A program made the position numbers and the translations under genes. Under the pieces are notes generated by a model. It had not been told where the DNA came from. It did no database searches and worked only from the letters and a program-made list of their open reading frames with translations. A DNA stretch of 64,000 nt, taken from the IMG/VR virus record IMGVR_UViG_3300000095_000001; one strand, 5' to 3'. Positions 1-8,959 of the stretch are shown one piece after another; position 1 is the stretch's first letter, and every line of letters starts with the position of its first letter. The stretch comes from a virus.

Positions 1-1
1 C

Positions 2-97
2 TATCTATTTCTTAGATGTCCAGAAGCTTTACCTGAAGTAATTGAGTTATTGGATAGATTACACAATCAATATCGAGGGAGAATTAATGATGACTAA
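2..97 (+). CDS. 3' end of a gene entering from the left (YLFLRCPEALPEV...RINDD*)
   Basis: Open frame from base 2 to TAA at 95-97, overlapping the next start. Confidence 0.4.
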   Translation, partial: YLFLRCPEALPEVIELLDRLHNQYRGRINDD

Positions 98-410
98 CTT
101 AGATATAACTTTGCCACAATTCCATCTATTACTAGACCACTATTTAATCTCTAAAGACTTAAAGAATAAATTTACTGTTGAAGGTAAGAATGTAATTTAT
201 AAAGCAATAACAGAAGATTTAGACTCAAATATGATTTGGACAATAGAAGAGATAGTTAATGAATATAGTGAGTTATCTTTAGTTGAGTTTGCTAATAAGT
301 ATGATGTAGAAGCAGATGAGGATGCTGTCGATAATTATTTATGTCAAGAAAGTAGTTATGCTTTAGGTTTTACTGAAGATACTGTAGTGTTTCAAGATGT
401 TCTTAGATAA
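87..410 (+). CDS. Hypothetical acidic protein
   Basis: Track ORF 42..410; ATG at 87 preferred because GAGGGAG lies just upstream. Confidence 0.6.
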   Translation: MMTNLDITLPQFHLLLDHYLISKDLKNKFTVEGKNVIYKAITEDLDSNMIWTIEEIVNEYSELSLVEFANKYDVEADEDAVDNYLCQESSYALGFTEDTVVFQDVLR

Positions 411-1011
411 GGAGACAACCATCATGGAAAAAGAATTGTTTGAGTACAAAGGTTTTACTGTAAATATAATTCCTTTAGGTATAAATCCTACTTATGGAAT
501 GGTTTATGAAGGTAGATGTAAAGAGCTAGATTACAAGAGTTTAGGGTTCTTTAGGAAATCTGACTTGATAGAAGACGTTATGAGTGAAATAGACACAAGA
601 TTAGAGGAAAAAGCAAAGATGGAAGAATCAACTTGGGAATTCTATACTACTGTTATGTATGCTGGTTTTTATCTTAAAGTCTTCAAAGATAGAGACACAG
701 ATAACTATTTAGCTATTGGTGATTTTAGTTTTAGTGATAAAGGTAATTCAGCTAAGGAAGTAGAAGATAGATATAAAGAGAAAGTTAATAAGTATATATC
801 TACTATTTCTGAGAATTCCCTTTTTAGTAAAGATATTGATAGTTTGATTTCTCAATATGAAGTAAGAGATAAAAAGATAGAGGAATTAGTAAAAGTAATT
901 AGCGGTCTTAACAAGAAGTTAGAAGAGAAAGATAAGAAAATTGAAAGTCTGAAGAAAGAGAATGAAATTCTTAAAAAGAAGATAGCTGCTGTTAAGTTTG
1001 AATTAAGTTAG
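397..1011 (+). CDS. Protein with two HicB-like domains and a C-terminal coiled coil
   Basis: FEYKGFTVNI...YEGRC...IDTRL and MYAGFYLKV...EDRYKEKVNKYI; heptad-rich tail; start may be ATG 424. Confidence 0.55.
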   Translation: MFLDKETTIMEKELFEYKGFTVNIIPLGINPTYGMVYEGRCKELDYKSLGFFRKSDLIEDVMSEIDTRLEEKAKMEESTWEFYTTVMYAGFYLKVFKDRDTDNYLAIGDFSFSDKGNSAKEVEDRYKEKVNKYISTISENSLFSKDIDSLISQYEVRDKKIEELVKVISGLNKKLEEKDKKIESLKKENEILKKKIAAVKFELS

Positions 1012-1024
1012 AAGAGTATAAAAT

Positions 1025-1273
1025 ATGATTTCAATTTTATCTAATCTAGAAGTTTATGGTAGTTCTCCAGAATCTGATTCTGACCATCGTTGGGTAGCAG
1101 TAATAGATGAAGTTACTCGTAATAGATTCTTTGTTTTAACTATTTGTTCTAAATGTGGGACGTTAGCTAGAAAGAATAATTCTACTCATTGGGAGTTGTG
1201 TAAACCTTCTGATGATAGATGGAGAATGTCTACTTTAAATGATTGTCCGGGATTGTTAGAAGAAGTTAATTAA
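1025..1273 (+). CDS. Hypothetical protein (CxxC)
   Basis: ORF in tightly packed operon. Confidence 0.6.
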   Translation: MISILSNLEVYGSSPESDSDHRWVAVIDEVTRNRFFVLTICSKCGTLARKNNSTHWELCKPSDDRWRMSTLNDCPGLLEEVN

Positions 1274-1284
1274 AGGAATAAACA

Positions 1285-1545
1285 ATGAAGATTCTTGTAG
1301 TAATAGGCGAAGATACATTCAAGTTAGATTCCATTAGTTCAGAATCTTATAGAGATGGAAGTGTTCGTTATATAGTTAAGTACAATAAAGAGTTCTTAGA
1401 AAAGATTGTTCCTGATGAAAAAGTAGATAGTAACACTTTTGAATTTATTAAAGGTTGGAGTTTTAAAGATGGTACAGATTACTACAAGATATCGATTAAA
1501 GGTAAAGAAACTAAGTTTAAACCTAAAGAAGTATTTTTCTCTTGA
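1285..1545 (+). CDS. Hypothetical protein
   Basis: ORF with AAGGA upstream. Confidence 0.6.
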   Translation: MKILVVIGEDTFKLDSISSESYRDGSVRYIVKYNKEFLEKIVPDEKVDSNTFEFIKGWSFKDGTDYYKISIKGKETKFKPKEVFFS

Positions 1546-1757
1546 TTGAAATGATTACTCTACAACAAGCTAGAAATGCAAAACTAAGTCTAACATCTAC
1601 TACTAAAGATTTACCTGTAAGTATAGGAATTGCTCATGATAATCATGGATATTACTTAAAAGTTTATTTATCTGAATTAGTAAATCATAATATTCCGAGT
1701 GAGATAGATGTAGTAAGAGTAGTAATAGAAGTAACTGGATTACCTAGGAGTTATTAG
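1542..1757 (+). CDS. Small hypothetical protein
   Basis: Operon packing; ATG at 1551 is the likelier start. Confidence 0.55.
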   Translation: MIEMITLQQARNAKLSLTSTTKDLPVSIGIAHDNHGYYLKVYLSELVNHNIPSEIDVVRVVIEVTGLPRSY

Positions 1758-1758
1758 T

Positions 1759-2148
1759 ATGGCTGTTCAAATTAACTATAAGACTTTTACATTAGATGTA
1801 TTTTTAGATAAAGAAGATAATTGGAAAGGAAAAATAATCGAGCTAAAAGAGCTAGATAACTCCAATAATAAATATACATTTACTGCTAATACGTATAACG
1901 AGTTAAAAGAGAAATTTGAATATTTAGTAGATGAGTATATAAATACTCCTAGAATAGAAACTCAGTTTTTAGTAGTGTATAAGAATTCTACTTTGTATGT
2001 TCAGCCTTTAGTAGATCGCCGTTACAGTGCTGTTTGTGGTAGTTGGATTTTTGGGTTATTCCCCTCTTTAGATGAGTTAATAGCTGCGTTTCAAGAAAGA
2101 GTAGAGGAGTATATTCATAGCGGTTGTATATCTATTAATAGGAAATAA
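1759..2148 (+). CDS. Protein with two HicB-like domains
   Basis: INYKTFTLDV...WKGKI...TFTANTYNELKEKFEYLVDEYI and VVYKNSTLYV...LDELIAAFQERVEEYI. Confidence 0.6.
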   Translation: MAVQINYKTFTLDVFLDKEDNWKGKIIELKELDNSNNKYTFTANTYNELKEKFEYLVDEYINTPRIETQFLVVYKNSTLYVQPLVDRRYSAVCGSWIFGLFPSLDELIAAFQERVEEYIHSGCISINRK

Positions 2149-2149
2149 A

Positions 2150-2308
2150 ATGAATAGTAGTTTCTTTCATCTAGGTTACGAGTTACTAATAGTCAAAGAT
2201 AACTGTATTTATTACGGTAGCTGTCTAGAATTAAACTATTTTAGTAACTCAGATAACGAGCAAGAGTTGAAGAATGATTTTGTTGAATACATTGATGGAG
2301 TAATTTAG
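2150..2308 (+). CDS. Single HicB-like domain protein, 52 aa (not in ORF track)
   Basis: Translated by hand: MNSSFFHLGYELLIVKDNCIYYGSCLELNYFSNSDNEQELKNDFVEYIDGVI*. Confidence 0.6.
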   Translation: MNSSFFHLGYELLIVKDNCIYYGSCLELNYFSNSDNEQELKNDFVEYIDGVI

Positions 2309-2310
2309 TT

Positions 2311-2553
2311 ATGTTTGACCCATTAAAAGAAATTTTAACTTTAGATATTGATTGGATGAAAGCTAATGGTTGGACATTGAGAGGAATACTAGCTTATCGA
2401 CATATCTTGTATGAATTCAATCACTCAGGAGTTCCATCTCAAAGAAAGATTATGGAGATTATTAGGAAATACGATGCTGAGAAATATACTTATAAGATAG
2501 AGAATGCTTTAAGAAGTTTAATTGAGTTGAAGAATTACGTAAGAAATCTTTAG
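2311..2553 (+). CDS. Hypothetical protein
   Basis: ORF in operon. Confidence 0.55.
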   Translation: MFDPLKEILTLDIDWMKANGWTLRGILAYRHILYEFNHSGVPSQRKIMEIIRKYDAEKYTYKIENALRSLIELKNYVRNL

Positions 2554-2575
2554 TTATTTAGGAGAGAGAAGAGTA

Positions 2576-2794
2576 ATGAAAATAGTAAGTGTAGATGCAA
2601 TAATGGCTGGAGCAGACATACTAATAGCTGAAAATGTTAATGAGTTTTATGGTAAGTTAGTAGTTGATTTGTTGAATGAGAGAGAAGGATATCGCAGTCA
2701 AAATCACTTTGTTTTAAGAGAAGATAGTTATGTGTTGCGAGAAGAACCAGAAGATTTAGAGTCTAGTTATTATTTAGTAGTAGAAAAACTATGA
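2576..2794 (+). CDS. Hypothetical protein
   Basis: ORF with AGGAGAG upstream. Confidence 0.6.
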   Translation: MKIVSVDAIMAGADILIAENVNEFYGKLVVDLLNEREGYRSQNHFVLREDSYVLREEPEDLESSYYLVVEKL

Positions 2795-2967
2795 TATACA
2801 ATCACAAAGGTTACGAATTAAAGATTACTTATAATTCAGAAACTAAGCAATTTGAAGGTAAATGCTCTGAGTTAGGTATTAAATTATATAGTAGTAGTAA
2901 AGACTTGTTAGAGAAGAGTTTTAGAGAAAGAGTTGATGAGTATCTTGGAAGTTTCATAGGAGAGTAG
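2791..2967 (+). CDS. Single HicB-like domain protein, 58 aa (not in ORF track)
   Basis: MIYNHKGYELKITYNSETKQFEGKCSELGIKLYSSSKDLLEKSFRERVDEYLGSFIGE*; closest copy to the HicB N-terminal pattern YKGY...F.G...L...F...VD.YL. Confidence 0.7.
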   Translation: MIYNHKGYELKITYNSETKQFEGKCSELGIKLYSSSKDLLEKSFRERVDEYLGSFIGE

Positions 2968-4146
2968 ATGAAAGAGGATTATTGTGACATCTATTATCGT
3001 GGTTATGTAATATCTATCGAAGAAGAAAAGTATTTAGAAGGAGATTCTGAGTTTAGTTTTGTTCTGAAGAAAGAAAATGATAGTTGGAGTAAAGCCAGAT
3101 TTTCTAATTTAGTATATGTTACTCCTCTTTCAGTTATAAGATATTTCTTAGATTATGTAGATACAATATTAGGAAAGAGTAAAGAAAAACTGCTGTCTAA
3201 AGTAGTTTACAAAGGTCACAAGTTAGAGATACATGGTCGTTATAACCAGCACACTTCTAGACTTATTTATTCAGGACAATCTAAGAATCCTGAGTTTGTA
3301 AGGTTGAGAACCGATTATATGTGGATCCTTGAAGCTTTTAGAAAAGAGGTGGATAATATGTTAGCTAATAAACAAAAGAAAGAAAAGACTTATAAAGAAG
3401 TATATCAAGAATGGGGTAAAAGTCGTTATAAGAGAGTTAACTATAAAGACAAAACTCTAGTAGTAATGTTAGTTCCAAGAGGAGAAGATGAGGGGGTGTT
3501 TTATGTTGGATATACTTATTATTATCCAAATAATCATTATAAAGACATAAGCTTTGAGAGCATTCATTACGATAAAGTGATTGCTAAGTTTGAGAAATTT
3601 GTTGATGAGTATTGTACTGATTGGAGTGGAGATGGTGCAGGTTATCCCAATCCTAGAGAGTACAAAGGTCAAAGAATTTTAATTAGGAAAGAGAAAGATA
3701 AAGAGTTTTATATTGGTTATGTTCGGTTTCATAAGAATTCTACTTTTAAACACATTGCCCATACTAGAGAAGAAGTAGAAAGATGTTGTAAGAACAGAAT
3801 AGATAAAGTGATTTATGAGAAAGAAAAAGTACAAAGAAAGATGTTAACTCCTAAACAAGAAAAGATTAAAGAGTTAGAAGAGTTGTTAGCTAGAATATCT
3901 ACTCAATTAGAAGAACTAAAGAAAGAGAAAGACACTTTAACTTATAAGTATGTAATACTTGAGATAAGTACAGGAAAGAATCAATGGGGCGCTACTTACT
4001 TTGAAGGTGTTCTTAAAGAACTATCTGATCCAGCTCCTTTTAGAGAAAATAGTTTAGAAGACTTAAAGAAATCTTTTGAAAAATACGTTGATAAGTTAGA
4101 GAGTCAGTACCTTCTATTCTGTAAGTTAACTGGTAAAGACTTTTAG
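2968..4146 (+). CDS. Protein with about five tandem HicB-like domains
   Basis: Units start YYRGY, VYKGH, NYKDK, EYKGQ, TYKYV and end LDYVDTIL, KEVDNML, KFVDEYC, NRIDKVI, KYVDKL. Confidence 0.6.
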   Translation: MKEDYCDIYYRGYVISIEEEKYLEGDSEFSFVLKKENDSWSKARFSNLVYVTPLSVIRYFLDYVDTILGKSKEKLLSKVVYKGHKLEIHGRYNQHTSRLIYSGQSKNPEFVRLRTDYMWILEAFRKEVDNMLANKQKKEKTYKEVYQEWGKSRYKRVNYKDKTLVVMLVPRGEDEGVFYVGYTYYYPNNHYKDISFESIHYDKVIAKFEKFVDEYCTDWSGDGAGYPNPREYKGQRILIRKEKDKEFYIGYVRFHKNSTFKHIAHTREEVERCCKNRIDKVIYEKEKVQRKMLTPKQEKIKELEELLARISTQLEELKKEKDTLTYKYVILEISTGKNQWGATYFEGVLKELSDPAPFRENSLEDLKKSFEKYVDKLESQYLLFCKLTGKDF

Positions 4147-4167
4147 AATTGGATTAGATAATTAATT

Positions 4168-4205
4168 AAGAGAGTTGAGTTTTTCTTAGCTCTCTTTTAC
4201 TTTTG
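4168..4205 (+). terminator. Intrinsic terminator
   Basis: AAGAGAGTTGAG / CTTAGCTCTCTT stem (with G-U pairs) followed by TTACTTTT. Confidence 0.7.
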
Positions 4206-4225
4206 AGAAGTGAATAAGTGAATAA

Positions 4226-4525
4226 ATGATTAATACAAGTTCTAAATTGATTATTGAAATAAAAGAAGATAGATTTTCTATTCCGTTAATAAGCGTTGGT
4301 GGATTTGGGTTAAACAATAATTACTACTTAGTTAAAGACACAGATGAGTTAAAAAGATTTACTAAATTTCTGGGTTATTTAGGTTCTGAAGAAAATGAAT
4401 ATCCTAAAGTAATGGTTGTTTATGATAAATCTACTGAGCAATACAGTCACAAACTTCATATATTTAATGATTTGCAGGATATAGAAATTGAGTTTACTTT
4501 TGATGAACTTTATGTAGATTGGTAA
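4226..4525 (+). CDS. Hypothetical protein, paralogue of 29987..30346
   Basis: Shared SK[LI]I[IV]EI.ED, RF.K[FY]L and terminal spacing. Confidence 0.6.
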   Translation: MINTSSKLIIEIKEDRFSIPLISVGGFGLNNNYYLVKDTDELKRFTKFLGYLGSEENEYPKVMVVYDKSTEQYSHKLHIFNDLQDIEIEFTFDELYVDW

Positions 4526-4920
4526 CTATGAAAATAACCATCTGGGGCAATCAATTTCCTTTACGTCTTGATACTAGAAATTTGCATTTAAGTTTTCCTG
4601 GTATTGAGACAATGGAAAGAGGTAAAGAGAAAAACAGTGATTTAGATTACATAACTTTTTACATTGAGGGACGTTTCTTCAGTATTAGATTTGATTATAC
4701 TGAGTTTGGTCTTAAAGTATTTCCGGAAGTTTATGACTCTGAGTTACAGTTTCTATTTGATAATTTTGATAGAGCTGAGAGATTTGGTTTGTTTTTGAGA
4801 AATGGAGAAATAGTAGAAGCTAATTCTTATTGGAAAAATGGAGAAATGATAATTTATAAAAGTAAGTTAGACAAGTTAACTGAGATGACCGAAGAAGCTG
4901 GTCTTTACGATTATTACTGA
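4519..4920 (+). CDS. Hypothetical protein
   Basis: ORF in operon. Confidence 0.6.
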   Translation: MVTMKITIWGNQFPLRLDTRNLHLSFPGIETMERGKEKNSDLDYITFYIEGRFFSIRFDYTEFGLKVFPEVYDSELQFLFDNFDRAERFGLFLRNGEIVEANSYWKNGEMIIYKSKLDKLTEMTEEAGLYDYY

Positions 4921-4926
4921 GGAGTT

Positions 4927-5370
4927 ATGGAAGTTAAACTGATAATTGCTGGTTCTAGAGATTTTAATAACTACGAACTTTTAAAAGAAAAAGTAGATGA
5001 TTATCTTTTAAGTACTTTAGCACCAGATAGAAAGTTGTATGACGAGTTTATAATACAGCTTTTGTATAATGAGAAATCGACATATTCTTTCCATATTGAG
5101 ATAGTATCCGGTGGAGCTAGAGGAGCAGATAGATTAGGTGAAAGATATGCTAAAGAGAGAAAATTAGCAGTTAAACAGTTTATTCCTAACTAGGAGGATG
5201 AAGGTAAGAAAGCAGGTCACTTAAGAAATGAGGAGATGGCAAAATATGCTAGTCACTGCATTTGTTTTGATTTAGGAACTCCTGGGACTGCTAGTATGAT
5301 TCGTTTAGCTAAGAAATACAAATTAGGTTTGAAAGTAGTAAGAATAGAATCTACTAATGAAAAAGAATAA
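4927..5370 (+). pseudogene. SLOG/YspA-like (DUF2493-type) protein interrupted by in-frame TAG at 5191-5193
   Basis: IIAGSRDF, IVSGGARGADRLGERYA, then FIPN*EDEGKKAGHLRNEEMAKY...GTPGTASMIRLA continues in frame; Trp is expected at the stop position. Confidence 0.75.
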
Positions 5371-5926
5371 TTCTCTCAAAGTCCTAACTTCTCATAAATC
5401 AGATGAACACAATACTCCAAGTTACATAATAGAAGCTGCTAGAGAAGTCTTAGAAGGTATTGATTTAGACCCAATGTCTAATGTTTTGGCTAACGAAATG
5501 GTTAAAGCTACAACATTTTACACTAAAGAAGATGATGGGTTGGATAAAAACTGGTATGGTAGAGTTTGGCTAAATCCTCCGTTTTCTTTAGCTAAAGAAG
5601 CAATTATTAAGTTAATAGATTCTTATAAATCAGGACGAGTAAAAGAAGCTGTATTGCTAATTAAATCTGATGTTTCTACTCAGAAATATAAATTGCTTTA
5701 TCCTTATCCATTTTGTGAGTTAAACAAGAGAGTTAAGTTTGAGAATGTAGATAATAAAGATTCAGCTCCTTTCCCGGTAGTATTATTCTATTTAGGAAGA
5801 AAATACTATAAGTGGAATGAAGTGATGAGTAAGATAGGTAAAGTTCATCCGGGTAGTTTTCTATTTATGAATGTAGCTATGAAGTGTAGTATTGATGATT
5901 TGCGTTATTTAGGAGTAATGGAATGA
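5357..5926 (+). CDS. Phage DNA N6-adenine methyltransferase
   Basis: DEHNTP, IDLDP, DGL..W.GRVWLNPPFS (NPPF motif IV). Confidence 0.85.
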   Translation: MKKNNSLKVLTSHKSDEHNTPSYIIEAAREVLEGIDLDPMSNVLANEMVKATTFYTKEDDGLDKNWYGRVWLNPPFSLAKEAIIKLIDSYKSGRVKEAVLLIKSDVSTQKYKLLYPYPFCELNKRVKFENVDNKDSAPFPVVLFYLGRKYYKWNEVMSKIGKVHPGSFLFMNVAMKCSIDDLRYLGVME

Positions 5927-6150
5927 TTACTAGAGAAGAGTTATGTAGTTTAGATAGAAAGTTTCCTCTAGTTAAAGAAAGAGACTATAAATTTGGACAG
6001 ACTACAGAAGATAATAATGATTCTTATATTGAGACTAATAAAGAAGCTGTTGTTTGGTTGTTAGATAACTCTACGTTACTTTTAGAGATAATAGAGAAAT
6101 ATCGTAGAATTACTGAAATTACTTTTGAAGGAAAAGAACTAGATGACTAA
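5923..6150 (+). CDS. Hypothetical protein
   Basis: ATGA overlap with upstream gene. Confidence 0.55.
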   Translation: MITREELCSLDRKFPLVKERDYKFGQTTEDNNDSYIETNKEAVVWLLDNSTLLLEIIEKYRRITEITFEGKELDD

Positions 6151-6523
6151 ATTAAATATACAAAGAGTTAGTGTTAAAGAAACTATTCCTAGTCCAGATA
6201 GAGTTTATATTGGTAGAGCTAATAAAACCTACTCTTTCCCACAAAGTCCACTAGCTAATCCTTTTGTACTTAATAAAGATGGCAATAGAGATGAAGTAGT
6301 TCAGAAATATAGAATTTGGTTGCACGAGCAAGTTAAAGAAGGTTTGTCGGGTAAAAAGAATTCTGCTTGGGAAGAACTAAAGGCACTTAAAAAGCAAGCT
6401 AAAACTAATGGGTTTTTGAGAGTAGCTTGTTGGTGCAAAGAAGATGAGAAATGTCATGGAGACGTAGTTATTAACTGTCTTAACTGGATAAATGAAAATA
6501 ATTTAGGAGATAAAGATGAATAG
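6143..6523 (+). CDS. DUF4326 family protein
   Basis: VYIGR, SPLANPF, RDEVVQKY, ACWC, CHGDV motifs. Confidence 0.85.
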   Translation: MTKLNIQRVSVKETIPSPDRVYIGRANKTYSFPQSPLANPFVLNKDGNRDEVVQKYRIWLHEQVKEGLSGKKNSAWEELKALKKQAKTNGFLRVACWCKEDEKCHGDVVINCLNWINENNLGDKDE

Positions 6524-6824
6524 AAAAACTTTTAAATACAAGGGATTCTATCTATCTGTTTGTGAAACTAAGAACTGGAAGGCTCCTTTTATAGGTACTC
6601 TTTACAGTAAAAGATATAATAAGTCTAAGGAAGTGTTTTATCCAAAAAATATTACTCATGAGTTTGGAGAAGAACAGTTAATATCTTCTATGGAGAAAGA
6701 GGTAGACAGATTCTTAACGGGACATAGAGAATGGTTACAGTGGAAAATACAAAATCTTAAAGAATTTTTAAACACTAAAATTAGTGAGTTGCATTTTGTA
6801 GAGCAAAGTTTAAAAGAGGAATAA
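6516..6824 (+). CDS. HicB-like domain plus short coiled coil
   Basis: FKYKGFYLSV...FIGTL...MEKEVDRFL. Confidence 0.5.
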   Translation: MNRKTFKYKGFYLSVCETKNWKAPFIGTLYSKRYNKSKEVFYPKNITHEFGEEQLISSMEKEVDRFLTGHREWLQWKIQNLKEFLNTKISELHFVEQSLKEE

Positions 6825-6827
6825 ACC

Positions 6828-7358
6828 ATGCTAGTACAAAGAGCTGAAGAATTTGCACGTTTAGTTCACAGAAATCAATTCTATGGAGAACTGCCTTATG
6901 TTGACCATCTTAAAGAAGTTTATTTAACTCTATTAGATTTTGGAGTTAGAGATGAGACGATTCTAGCTGCTAGTTGGTTGCATGACTCTATTGAAGATAC
7001 TGAGACTACTTATGAGATATTAGATACTCAGTTTGGTAAGGAAGTTGCAGATTTAGTTTTAACCGTTACGAATGAGAAGGGGACTAATCGTAAAGAGATA
7101 TTAGAGAAAACAGTTTCCAAAATCAAGGATAATGAAGCAGCTTTAGTTATTAAGTTAGCTGACAGAATAGTAAATACTGAGTTTAGTCTTTTTTATAATG
7201 AAAAACTGTACAAAATGTATGAAAAGGAATTTCCTAGATTTAGGACTCTTTTACTTAGAGCAAATGAGAAGAATGAAACTGTTTTAAAGCTGTGGAATTA
7301 TTTAAGTAATCTCTGTGAAAGAAAGGAGTTTGAATATTATGATTCAATTAAATACTGA
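6828..7358 (+). CDS. RelA/SpoT-type HD hydrolase (small alarmone hydrolase, Mesh1-like)
   Basis: A..FA...H, PY..H, AASWLHDSIEDT, FG.EVA.LV, IKLADR..N; no synthetase domain. Confidence 0.8.
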   Translation: MLVQRAEEFARLVHRNQFYGELPYVDHLKEVYLTLLDFGVRDETILAASWLHDSIEDTETTYEILDTQFGKEVADLVLTVTNEKGTNRKEILEKTVSKIKDNEAALVIKLADRIVNTEFSLFYNEKLYKMYEKEFPRFRTLLLRANEKNETVLKLWNYLSNLCERKEFEYYDSIKY

Positions 7359-7698
7359 GAAATGGTGGGATGAAGAGAGAGATAAGGATTTAATTGACCA
7401 ATATGCTTTACTATCTTTACTTATCAGTCAATGCTTTCAATTGAACGAGCAAGAATACTTAAAGCTAGAAGAACTTCTTAAAAACTCTTCTAAAGGTACT
7501 AAATTCAAAATAACGATTGAGAGAAATGAACCTGAAGATAATCCTTGGGTGAGGTTAGCTGGTAAGTATGAAAACGATCCGCAGTACGATGAGGTATTGG
7601 CACACATAGAAGAATCTCGAAAAGAATTAGATGAGGAAGTTGATAGATATTATGATGATTGTTACGAAATAGTAGAGGAAAGAATGTATGACCTTTAG
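7339..7698 (+). CDS. Protein ending in a module like the C-terminal tail of cyanobacterial HicB-family antitoxins
   Basis: NPWVRLAGKYENDPQYDEVLAHIEESRKELD; start set at ATG 7339 after AAGGAG. Confidence 0.5.
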   Translation: MIQLNTEKWWDEERDKDLIDQYALLSLLISQCFQLNEQEYLKLEELLKNSSKGTKFKITIERNEPEDNPWVRLAGKYENDPQYDEVLAHIEESRKELDEEVDRYYDDCYEIVEERMYDL

Positions 7699-7707
7699 GG
7701 AGTTTTT

Positions 7708-8511
7708 ATGCAAGTAAGATTAATTACTAAAACTGAAGGTGTTAAAGGAACTGAGTATGAAGGTAAGTCTCTTGATGAGATAACTGTCGGGATAGCTCGT
7801 CTCAGCTCAAGCAGGGAGATTAATGAACTATTTGATGAACCTCATAAGTTACTACGACACTGTATTTCTGAAGGTCATTGGAGTGTTTTTACTACTACTA
7901 ATCTAGGAATTGAAATAGTTACAAGTAGAGCAGTTGGAAGACAGTTGTTACGGCATTGGAGTTTAAAACCACAAGAACTAAGTCAAAGATATGCAGAAAT
8001 TACTAGCTTTGAAGAAGTGGAACTTAGAAAGCAGTGCAAGAATAATAGACAGAGTAGTGAGGAAGTCCTATCTACTATAGTGGAAGATGAATATGCTTGT
8101 AAAAATTACTTCAATGAAGATGAGAATATTAGATTAACAGAGGTCGCTGAAGAGTGTCAGATGTTACTAGCTCAAGCTAAGTATACTTATGAAAGATGTT
8201 TAGATTGGAATGTAAGTCGTGAAACTGCTCGAATGTTTCTACCTGAATGTGCTACTACTAAGATTATCTTTAACGGTACTCTAAGAGATTGGATTACTAC
8301 TCTTAATCAAAGACTCCATGAAACAGCTCAGAAGGAAACTAGGTTAGTGTGTGAAGCTATCCGAGATTCTTTTATGATTGAATGTCCTATCATATCTAAA
8401 TGTCTGTTTAACTTTGAGGATGCTTATGAAATACATCTATTAGATAGATTAGTTCTTGAGAAGTTTGGTGTTTATAATTTAGTGAAAAATAACGGCTACA
8501 AGAAACTTTAA
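7708..8511 (+). CDS. thyX: FAD-dependent thymidylate synthase
   Basis: GHWSVF, RQLLRH...QELSQRY, E.ARMFLP, GTLRDW motifs. Confidence 0.92.
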   Translation: MQVRLITKTEGVKGTEYEGKSLDEITVGIARLSSSREINELFDEPHKLLRHCISEGHWSVFTTTNLGIEIVTSRAVGRQLLRHWSLKPQELSQRYAEITSFEEVELRKQCKNNRQSSEEVLSTIVEDEYACKNYFNEDENIRLTEVAEECQMLLAQAKYTYERCLDWNVSRETARMFLPECATTKIIFNGTLRDWITTLNQRLHETAQKETRLVCEAIRDSFMIECPIISKCLFNFEDAYEIHLLDRLVLEKFGVYNLVKNNGYKKL

Positions 8512-8521
8512 AAAATTAACT

Positions 8522-8959
8522 ATGACTAAACTCAAATTGTGGAAGTTTTCAGAAGATTACGGGAGAATGGGCGATGCTGAAGGATTATTCATTGCTACTG
8601 AAGAAGAAGTTGATAGATTTCTAGATAAGAGAAATGTTTGTTTTGGAGAAGTATTAGGTAAACATTCAGAGGTAGACGTTTATTTTGAAAGAGGTAAGAA
8701 TCTTAAATGTTTAAATGTTTCTACTTCTACTATTTATGAATTGCTAAACGCATTAGATAGAAGATGTATTTCAGGGCGGTATCCTTTTCAATATGTTAGC
8801 CAAGAAGTTAGATGTACTAATTGTGGAGAAGAGGGGGACTTTTATGATGGTTGGATGTTTGATGCTGATACAGTTGAATGTCCTGATTGTGGTTGTGAAT
8901 CATATACGTTAGTAGAAGAGAATGAAAATAGAACTAGATTTAACCAAGGAACAATTTGA
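8522..8959 (+). CDS. Hypothetical protein with C-terminal Zn ribbon
   Basis: CTNC...CPDC. Confidence 0.6.
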   Translation: MTKLKLWKFSEDYGRMGDAEGLFIATEEEVDRFLDKRNVCFGEVLGKHSEVDVYFERGKNLKCLNVSTSTIYELLNALDRRCISGRYPFQYVSQEVRCTNCGEEGDFYDGWMFDADTVECPDCGCESYTLVEENENRTRFNQGTI

